Positions 1 through 9,200 of a stretch of 64,000 nucleotides of DNA are shown here, one piece after another; the first letter of the stretch is position 1; every line of letters starts with the position of its first letter. The notes under the pieces are model-generated. The model saw nothing but the letters and a program-made list of their open reading frames with translations, did not search any database and was not told the DNA's origin. The stretch comes from Corallococcus exiguus. Lineage in GTDB: Bacteria > Myxococcota > Myxococcia > Myxococcales > Myxococcaceae. The stretch lies in the NCBI RefSeq assembly GCF_009909105.1, contig NZ_JAAAPK010000002.1, positions 285,827 through 349,826 of the forward strand, read 5' to 3'. The translations under genes and the position numbers were made by a program.

Positions 1-3000
1 GTGTCCCGGAGCGTGGCCCGTTCATTGGCATCGCGCCGGGGGAGACGCTGGACCAGGCCTTGCGTCGGCTGGGGAGCGCGGATGCGGGCCGTGTCGCCGC
101 GACGCCGCGCACGTTGGATCTGCTGGGCTGGGCGCGTCCCGATGTCGCCCTCATCCGCACCGCGCGCTTGACGCTCGTGGAGTTGGAGGAAGTCACCCCG
201 GCCACCGTGCTCACGCTGCCCAACGGTTACCGGGGCTTTCGCGTGGATCCACTGGACCGCGATGGTCCCCTGGTTTGGCTCAAGCCTCTGGAGCGCGCGG
301 ATCTCACTGGAGGCCTCACTGCTCGCCATGAGCCCGCGCCTCCGTCGCTCGTCACGGGACGCACGGCGGCGATGCTGCTCACCCCTACCTCGCTGGCCGA
401 GGACGCCGACGCCGCTGAACGCGCGGATGCCATCACCATCTCTGTCGACGGCATTCCGCTGGTGGGTCCGGAGTCCCTGCCGCTCCTGCGCGGACCCCTG
501 CCCACCGCACCCGTGGGGCCCGCTCCCACGCTGCGCTTCGCGGACCGGGGCAGGCCTTCGCCTGGAGACACCTGGCGACTGACGCTGCTGGCCGCGCGTG
601 AGAACTCGGACACGGTGCTCCTGTCCACGGAACTGGTGTCGGACGCACTGAACGCCGTCACCGTCTCGCCGGAAGCGAACCAGCTCCTGGGCGGCACCAC
701 GGCGGCGTTGCTCGTGGAGCGGGTGAGCGGTGAGCCGCGCCTGCGCGACGTGGACGGAACGTGGCGCACCCTCACCGTGGGTCTGCGCCAGGGGCCTCCT
801 CGCAGCAATGCCATCCGCGTGGACCTGGCCGGTGCGCCGTGGGTCGCTCGCATCGAGCAACACCTCGCGGATGGCAGCCTGCGCCTTGCCCGCTTCGACG
901 CGAGCGCTGACGGTGCGCCCTGGCAGGTGGCGGAGCTCATCGGCGCGTTGCCTCCAGACGGTCCAGGCATGTCCCTGGCCATCGCTGGTGACGCACTGTT
1001 GCTGGTTGCGCCGGACGGCACGGGGAAGCTGGGCGTGTGGTCGGTGACGGGCCTGGACACCGCGACTCCGACGGGGACGCGGTTGGACACCGCGAGCCCA
1101 CGGCAGCCCTCGGCGCGACTGGCTCCCAGCCTGTGCGTGCGCGGCGGCCGGGTCTTCGTCTTCGGCGGTGACCTGGGCGGTGCGCCCACTGGAGACCTCT
1201 GGTCGCTGCCGGTCACGGGCGGACCGTGGCGGCCCCATGCGGTGCGCAACCGCCAGGAGCGCAAGGCCGCGACGCTGCTGAGCACGGCACAAGGACTGAT
1301 GCTCGTGGGCGGCGAGGCCGTGACGGGAGAACTGGCCGTGCCGGTGATGCTCTGTGATCCGGCCTCCGCGAGCCCTGTCTGGCGCCCCCTTGCCCCACTG
1401 CCCATCACCGCGAACCTGCCCGGCACGCTCGTGGCAACCACCACCGCCGACGGCGTGGAGGCGCTCGTCTGGGCGGACACGACGCGTCCTCAACGGATGA
1501 CGCTGAAGGCAGGCGAGGATGCCTGGGTCGCCGGACTGCTGGAGGCCTCGGGGACGAACCCGCCGGTTCCGGGCGAAGCGCTGTACGTCGACGGGCGCGT
1601 GCTCCTCACGGATCCGGCGCCGCTGCCCGCGTCGGAGGTCGTCTTCTCACTGGGCGGGCGGGGCTACCTGGCCTTCCTGCCAGAGTTGGCCCTGCTCCCG
1701 GATGAACTCCTGCGTTTCAACGTCGCCAACGACGGCGCCGCGTTCATCGAGCCTCGCGAGGGCCAGCCGCTCCCGCTCGATTCCCGGCCCGGTGGTGCGT
1801 ACCACTCGCGGGATGCTTCCGTGGCCGGCGGTGCGCGGCGCTACTCGGTGCCAGGACGGCTGAGTCGCCACCCGTTCCAGCTGCGCCAGCGAAGCCTGGG
1901 CCCGTGGACGACGCTCGCTCCGAGCATCGCCTCCGGCATCGTCGCGGTGGATCCACGCCTGGGCCGCGTCGTGCTCCAGGACGACGCACCCGTGGGCCGC
2001 GTCACCGTCTCCGCGCGGGTAGGGCGGGGCGCCTCATTGGGAGCGGGGCTGCTTCCGCCGGACCGCCGTCCGCCCGCCGCGTGGGCGGAGCCGGACTTCC
2101 CATTCATCGATCCGCCGGACCGTCCTGGCGACCGCTCCGGCGCCGGCCTTCCTGTCACCGCGTGGATCTCCCCGGAGCGCGCGGGCGGAGTGCTGGCGGC
2201 CGGAGGCCAGGAGCGGCCCATCGTCGCCACCGTCGCGGATGGACTCCAAGCCGTAGCGCTTCCGGCGCTGGCGACTGGAGGCCAGGCGCGCCCCATCGTC
2301 GCAAGCGGCTCGCCGTCGGTGCTGACAACCGGAGGCCAGGCACCGACGGACATCGTGAACGTCACGGAAGGAAGCCCATCCGGATCACCTCCGGTGCTGG
2401 GCCTCATCGGTTCGCCGCGCCTGGCTCCAGAGCGTCTGTCACAGGGGCTGGACAACGGGCTGTCCCTCTTCGCCGCGGACACGGGCGCGGCGCCCTGCAT
2501 CGGCGCGGACGAGCACGGCCTCTCGTTGGCGCTCTACCCAGGCTTCGGAGGCAGCGCGGCCACGCGCGTGTGGCTCGCGGGTCTGTGGCTCGCGGGACGG
2601 CTGGATCTGGTGCTCGCTCGGGGGCAAGCGGATCTGCGCTGGTGCAACCTGGGCGTCCCCGGACAGGTGGGCCTGTGGATGCCGGGCGGTGGGCACCAGG
2701 ACATCAGCGCGCGGCGTTCGCTGCCTCCCGCCGACGTGGAGCTGCGCCTCTACGGCTGCATGGTGGGCGCCATCGAACTGCCGCCCTGGGTGCACCTCAT
2801 CGCCGCGGGCTGCACCTTCGACGCCGGAGACCGCGACGCCGTCGCCATCCGAGCGGCGGGCGCGACCGTGCGACTGCGGCACTGCACGGTGCTCGGGGCC
2901 ACGGAAGCGGGCGTGCTGGAGGCTTCCTCCTGTGCCTTCGCGGGCGAGGTGCGCACGGACCGGCCGGACCTGGGCTGGCTGCGCTACAGCCTCCTCGCAC

Positions 3001-3278
3001 GCGGCGGACAGCCTCCGGTGTCGCACCAGTCGCGGGTGCACACCGTGTCCTTCCAGTCGAACCGCCAGACGGACCCGGGCTACCTCGTCCTGGGCGACAA
3101 CAACGGCCCCGACGCGCTCCACGCCTCCGAGCGCGGCGGAGTCCCCGGTGCCCACGACGAGCGCTCCGACCACGAGCGCGAACTCTCCGCGCGCACCGAC
3201 GACAGCATGCCCATTGGCATCACGCCCTTCCACGCCGACCGCAGCCAGGACGACCTCGTTCGGATGAGCCGACCATGA
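1..3278 (+). CDS. Large secreted/structural protein, 5'-partial (at least 1072 aa). Kelch-like beta-propeller segment in the middle and beta-helix-like C-terminal part. Function unknown. First gene of the spike operon seen in this window.
   Basis: Frame +3 is open from nt 3 with no start before TTG at 60, so the gene probably begins upstream of the window. Kelch-like 'GGRVFVFGGDLGG...DLWSLPVTGG...LVGGE' motifs. The stop overlaps the start of the next gene (ATGA). Confidence 0.55.
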   Translation, partial: VPERGPFIGIAPGETLDQALRRLGSADAGRVAATPRTLDLLGWARPDVALIRTARLTLVELEEVTPATVLTLPNGYRGFRVDPLDRDGPLVWLKPLERADLTGGLTARHEPAPPSLVTGRTAAMLLTPTSLAEDADAAERADAITISVDGIPLVGPESLPLLRGPLPTAPVGPAPTLRFADRGRPSPGDTWRLTLLAARENSDTVLLSTELVSDALNAVTVSPEANQLLGGTTAALLVERVSGEPRLRDVDGTWRTLTVGLRQGPPRSNAIRVDLAGAPWVARIEQHLADGSLRLARFDASADGAPWQVAELIGALPPDGPGMSLAIAGDALLLVAPDGTGKLGVWSVTGLDTATPTGTRLDTASPRQPSARLAPSLCVRGGRVFVFGGDLGGAPTGDLWSLPVTGGPWRPHAVRNRQERKAATLLSTAQGLMLVGGEAVTGELAVPVMLCDPASASPVWRPLAPLPITANLPGTLVATTTADGVEALVWADTTRPQRMTLKAGEDAWVAGLLEASGTNPPVPGEALYVDGRVLLTDPAPLPASEVVFSLGGRGYLAFLPELALLPDELLRFNVANDGAAFIEPREGQPLPLDSRPGGAYHSRDASVAGGARRYSVPGRLSRHPFQLRQRSLGPWTTLAPSIASGIVAVDPRLGRVVLQDDAPVGRVTVSARVGRGASLGAGLLPPDRRPPAAWAEPDFPFIDPPDRPGDRSGAGLPVTAWISPERAGGVLAAGGQERPIVATVADGLQAVALPALATGGQARPIVASGSPSVLTTGGQAPTDIVNVTEGSPSGSPPVLGLIGSPRLAPERLSQGLDNGLSLFAADTGAAPCIGADEHGLSLALYPGFGGSAATRVWLAGLWLAGRLDLVLARGQADLRWCNLGVPGQVGLWMPGGGHQDISARRSLPPADVELRLYGCMVGAIELPPWVHLIAAGCTFDAGDRDAVAIRAAGATVRLRHCTVLGATEAGVLEASSCAFAGEVRTDRPDLGWLRYSLLARGGQPPVSHQSRVHTVSFQSNRQTDPGYLVLGDNNGPDALHASERGGVPGAHDERSDHERELSARTDDSMPIGITPFHADRSQDDLVRMSRP

Positions 3279-6200
3279 CCGTGAAAGCGTACACCTCCAG
3301 GTCCCGCTTCGACGAAGCCCGGCGATTCTCCGGCGTCTATCAGCAGATGGGGCGCATGAGCCTCGACGCTGACTGGAACGAGGAGGTGCGGCTGCGCACC
3401 GTGGACTCGCGCCGCCGCTCCGCCGACGTCGCCGAGGGCTCGCCCGACGACGGCTTCCGAATCGTCGACACGTACCTGGTGGATCCCATCCGCAACGTGC
3501 TCGGCTGGACGGGGCAGGGCCTGCCCGCGGACGACGAGCGCATCATCCCGCGCGAGCTGCGCCTGGACCGTTACGACTCGGAGACGCTGCCGTTCGTGGT
3601 GCGCAGCCGGGGCCACATCGCGCTGCGCCGCACGCTGCCCGCGCCGTTGGATCTCACGGCAGTGCCTCGCTCGGACAGCACCACCTTCACCGCCTCCGTG
3701 CTCGTCATCGGCCTGCGCTTCGAACGGCCACTCACCGACGATGAGTTCATCGACCTGCGCGTGGTCGTCGCGGACACGGAAGGGAATGAAGCGGTCCTCT
3801 CCGCCGGTCTGGGGCAGCGGCCCACGGGATGGAACGACGTGCGCTTCCCCGTCGCCGCGTTCGCGGGCGTGGACCCGACGAAGCTGAGCTCCTGGGGCGT
3901 GCTGGGCCTGCCGCCCGTGGCCCGCACGTGGGTGGCCGCGCTGCGTGTGGAGGACGCGGCGCTGGGCGCCGATATCATTATTAGGGGTGGTGACGGGACG
4001 CTGCCGGGCGCGGGCCGCATGCTGCTCGACGGCGTGCGCATCTTCCTGGAGCAGGACCTGCGCTACTCCGTGCAGCTGGATCTACCGGAGGCGGATCCGC
4101 TGGCGGCGCTGCCCACGGACGGCTCGCGGCACCACTTCTTCTTCCTCGACTGCTGGGAGCAGACCACCACCCAGTACGACGACGCGTTCCTGGAGGAGCC
4201 CGCGCTGGACGGCCAGGACACCACCGTGCGCCTGCGGCTCGTCACCCAGGTGCGCGCGCTCCAGGGGCTGTCTGACACCGACGCGGAGGTCCTGCCCACG
4301 CCCACCAGCGGCGCACGCCTCACCACCAACATCCCGAAGGGCGCGCTGCCGGACCGCTTCCCACCAGAGCCGCTGGATCCCTGCCGAGACCGCTGCCTGT
4401 CCACGGAGAACGCCTCCACGGGCGAGGGCTACACAGGCTCCGACAACCTCCACTTCCGCGTGGAGTTCTTCCGGGGCGGAGCGCAGCCGGTGGTGCTGTG
4501 GTCGCGAGACAACGGCTCCACGGTGCTCCCGCTGACCGCGCCCGCGGCGGCGGATGCGATGACGCTCCAGGTCTCCCCCGCGAGCGCCGCGAAGCTGCGC
4601 GCGGGAGACCTCGTCGTCATCGAAGACCGGGTCACCCGGCTCCAGCCGGAAGGCCCGTCGCTGCCAGTGCTGCGGCGGCTGCGAGGCGTCCAGGCGGACA
4701 CGGGCAAGCTGGAGCTGGCGGACGCGAGCACGGTGCTCACCACGGACCCCGTGCCGCTCCCCGTGGGAGGAACGCTGGGCCGGGCCTTCAGTCCGGAGCA
4801 GGGCGCGGTGGTGCGCCGGTGGGACGGCGGCGACCTGGTGGTGCCCAACACGCGCTACCGCTTCGACGATGGCATCACCCTGGCCTTCGGCAACACGGAA
4901 GGACGCGCGACCGAATACTGGTCCTTCACCGTGCGAGTGCGCGCGGCGGACGGCGCGGCCCGGGGTGAAGTCGAGCAGCTCACGGACGCGCCCGTGCACG
5001 GTCCGGTGCACCACTGCGTGCCCCTGGCGCGAGTGACAGGAGGCGAGACGCGAATCTTCGAGGACCTTCGTCCGCGCTACCTGCCGCTCGCCCAGGTGCG
5101 AGACAGGTTGGTGGAGCTCTCCGAGCGCGTCATCGGCCCGGGCGTCTTCACGGTGGTCGTGGGCGACGGCGTGCGCAGCTTCGGCGACGTCGACCAGGAC
5201 CTGCTCGAAGGCATCACTGGCGACGAGGCGCTCCAGGCGGCGGTGGACCGGATGGGAGGGCAGGGCGGCTCCATCTTCGTGCGAGCCGGCCGCTACAAGC
5301 TGGAGCACCCCGTGCTGCTGCGCAACCTGTCCTCCGTGCACCTCCTGGGCGACGGAGAGGCCACCGAGCTGCGCACCCAGGGCTCCGGCGGAGCCTTCTT
5401 CTTGGACCGCTGCGGCCTGGATGGCGATGTGCGCATCGAGGACCTCAAGCTGGTGGAGGCCCCCTTCGAGGACGTGGTGATTGGCGGAGGCCTCCAGCCC
5501 GTGGTGAAGGCGGTGAAGACGAGCGTGGCCCTGTCGAACGGCCAGCGCTTCGTGCCGCTGGTGGAGGTGGACGACGACCGGGTGCTGGAGGAGGACGACG
5601 TGAAGCACCCGTCCGCCGAAGCCGACTTCGTGGACGTGGTCGTCGACCGCATCAAGGCCATCGTCCCGGGCCAGGGCCGCGCGGCGGGCTCCGTGGTGGC
5701 CACCCTGGTGCAGCTGCGCAAGCTGCAACGCCAGCATCCAGGCCAGCCGCTGGAGGACGTGCCGGAAGCGAAGCCGCTGCTCGACGCGCTGGCGGCGCTG
5801 CCTCACGGCGTGGTGACGCTGGCGGACTCCAGCGGCGTGACGCTGCGCCGCTGCCACATCCAGGCGAACCAGGCCGGCTCCGAGGCGACAGGCGTGCTGG
5901 TGACGGGCACCTGCGCTCGCATCGTCATCGACGAGAATCGCGTCGGCGCGGCGACAGGCATCGCGGTGGCGCCGTATGCCCCGTATCTCGCGGAGCGCTT
6001 CCTCGCGTCCTTCCCGCGCGCGGGCCTCTTCGTGGACGCGCTGGCCATCACCAACAACCGGCTCCAGCCGCTGGGGGACGCGACCACGGGCATCCACGTG
6101 GCGGACGGGCGGCTGGCGGGCGTGGAGGTGCGCGGCAACAGCGTCCAGGGCTTCCAGGTGGGCATCCTGGTGCAGGACCTGGCGGAAGGGGGACTCGCGG

Positions 6201-9200
6201 GGCCGGTGGACCGCGTGGTGGTGGCGGAGAACCAGATTCTGGGATCCGCGGCCGTGGGCATCCAGGTCGCGGGCGATGGCGTGGACGTCGTGGGCAACGA
6301 GATCCGCAACGCCGTGTCGGACAGCCTGTTCCAGGTGGGCATCCAACTGGTGGGCCGGGCGCTGCGCGTGCGCGAGTCGTGGATCTCCCTGCCGGCCGTG
6401 CCCGCCGCGTCCGTGCTGGGCGTGGTGGCCGGCATCGTCGTGGGCGACGGCCTGGATGACGGCGCGTCCAACGGCCGCCCCGCCTCGGACGTGGAGGTGG
6501 TGGACAACCGCATCGAAGGCGACGGCGAGTCCACGCCGGGCTTCGGCATCCTGCTGGGCGGTCCGCAGCCGGTGTTCGACGTGCGCATCCGAGGCAACGT
6601 GGTGCGCGCGCTGGGGGACTCGGCCGTGCGCACCTGGGGCACGGGCGGCGCGGTGGGACGCCTGCGCGTGGAGGACAACCGCTTCGAACAGGTGGCGCTC
6701 GCGGACGTGCCGTCGCAGGAGGACAACACGCTGGCGCTGTCCCGCCTGGACCCAGGCCTGGAGGCCGTGCTGAGCGCGGACGCGAAGTCCCGTCCCCGGC
6801 CGCTCGTGGAGGCGCTGCTCGCCAACGCCACGACCCGCGTGCGCGCTCCCCTGGACGCGGCGCTGCGCTGGCTGGAGCGGTTGACGCTCCGGGGCGCGGT
6901 GGTGCTCGCGGGCGTGGACGAGGCGCAGGTGCGCGGCAACCGGCTGCTCCAGGTGGGGCGCACGGAGGCCTACGGCGCGCCCGGACTCCCGGACGCGGAG
7001 GTGCGAGCTGCGGGTATCGCGGTGGTGTCCGGCTCCGGCATCACCGTGGAGGGCAACGAGGTGGACGGCGTGCACGCGCCGGTGACGACGACGCAGCCGC
7101 CGCCCGTGACGGGCCCGGTGAAGCTGCCGCCCATCACCGTGGTGCTCCAGCAACTCAGTGTCACGAGCTCCACGGTCCGCCCGGAGCGCGCGGACGTGCA
7201 CGGCGCCGTGGTGGGCCTGTACGCCATCGTGTTGCAGTACACGGGCGCGAACGTGGACGGACGCCAGAAGGCTGGCCGGGGCCTGTACGGCCCGCTCGAC
7301 ACCCTGGTGGTGGAGCTGGAGGACCTGGGGACCGTGCCCGACTCCATTCTCTCCGCGCTGGAGAACGACGTCGCGGAGCTGCGCGCCGCCCAGAGCTTCA
7401 ACGACCACACCCAGACCGCGCACGCGGTGCGCTCGTCGCTGAGCCGCGCCTCCAGCTTCACCGCGCCGGACCCCGTGTCCCAGGAGGCGTGGGACATGGT
7501 GGCGCAGTTCGATCTGGCCACTGTGTCCGGCAAGGACGCCGTGGTGGCGACGGCGGACCGCATCAAGGGCGCCTTCGACTCGCTGGTGCAGGGCCTGCCC
7601 TCCGACACGCAGGAGGGCCTCCTCAAGGCCCTGGCCCGGGTACAGGGCGGGCCGACTGACCTGACCGCGCTGGTCACGCTGGCGGGGGCGTTGAGCCAGG
7701 TGGCCCAGCTGCGCGAGGCGCAGGCGCAGCGCGCGAGGCAGCCCGTCATCGGCCAGGCGGTGGGGCCCAAGAAGACCATCATCGGCACCTTCGCCCAGGC
7801 CGCGCTGCAACAGCTGCCGCTCCAGCCGGGAACCCGGGACGCGAAGGCCAACACGGACGTGCTCGTGCAGCTGCGCCTGTCCAAGGAGGCCCTGACGGAT
7901 CAGCTCCAGGAGCTTCACCCCGCGCTGGCCTCGCAGGTGGAGGCGGACTACCGCGACGTGGAGCGCACCGGCGGCAAGATGCAGCCGGTGGTGGACCGCA
8001 TGCGCGCCACGCTCAAGCAGGTGCTGGACTTCACCACCGGCGTGCTGCCCCCGTCGGACGTCGCGCCGGAGGACGGCACGCGCATCGCGGCGCAGGGGAT
8101 CACCGCCACCATCGGCCTGTACGCCACGAACCTGGACCGGCAGGCGGCGGGCCTCGTCACGGAATCCGACGACACGGTGGAGAAGCAGCTGCGCGCCTTC
8201 GGCACCGCGGTGGGGCAGCTGGGCGAGCTGGTGAGCGGCGACGCGGAGCTGTCCGCGCTCTCGTTGCAGGCGCACCAGGCGGTGGTCGACGCCATCGCCC
8301 AGCCGCAGAAGCGCATGGAGCAGGTGGCCATCGCCCGGAGTCTCCTGGACCGCATCCGCGTGCAGACGCTGGAGGTGCTGCCCATGCCCCTACCGCCCGT
8401 GCCGCCGAAGGCAGAGCCGCTGGAGCGCTGGGTCTCCGCCCTGGGCGCGCTGGTGCTGGCCGTGCGCGACATGGCGCCGGGGCCGGTGCTCAGCGGCTCG
8501 TTGCAGCTCTACCTCTCCCAGTACGACCGCGTGCTGGATATCGCGGGCATCCAGGGGAGGCTCCGCACGCTGGCGCTCCAGCGCGTGAGCGACGCCATCA
8601 CCGCGCTCACCAGCGGCAACGGCGGCGTGCCCGCGCGCCAGGCCCTGCACCTGCTGGTGGACGAGCCCGCGACCACCGCCGCGGAGGCCGTCGCCAGATC
8701 CAGCGCGGTGACGGCCGAGCTGGACGCCGCCGCGGTCCTGCTGCGCGCCGTGGAGCAGGCCCTGGATCCCGACGAGGACGACGCATCACGAGTCGCGCGG
8801 CTCCAGGAGTACCTGCGCCAGCGCTCCGACAAGGTCTCCGCGTCGCTCGTCGCCGTCGTCACCGGCATGCAGGAGCTGGACGGCATCCTGGACATGCTGA
8901 GCAAGTCGCTGGAGCAGCTGGCGCGCGGCGAGGCCCCGGACCCCGGCGACCTGGTGGACCCCGTCTTCGACACCTTCCCGTTGCCCGCGGACGGCCTCTT
9001 CGTGTCCGGCGTGCAGGGCCGCGTTCGGCTGGCGGACAACACCGTGCGCGACACCGTCACCGGTATCACCGCCCTGGGCGCTGCGGGGCACCTGCTGACG
9101 GAGGCGCCCACGGATCCAGGCTCGCTGCTGGATGTGGACGGCAATCGGCTGGAGGGCTGCGCGGTGTCGGGCCTGCGGCTGCGGCCGGACCTGTCCGTGA

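Noticed and set aside
1904-3275. 5' extension of the 1904..10882 ORF
   Set aside because: Overlaps the upstream gene in another frame and is Arg/Gly-rich. The real start is the ATG at 3275, coupled to the upstream stop.
4082-8275. 1397-aa ORF antisense to the giant beta-helix gene
   Set aside because: Arg/Gly/His-rich nonsense translation typical of the antisense of GC3-biased genes. No motifs.
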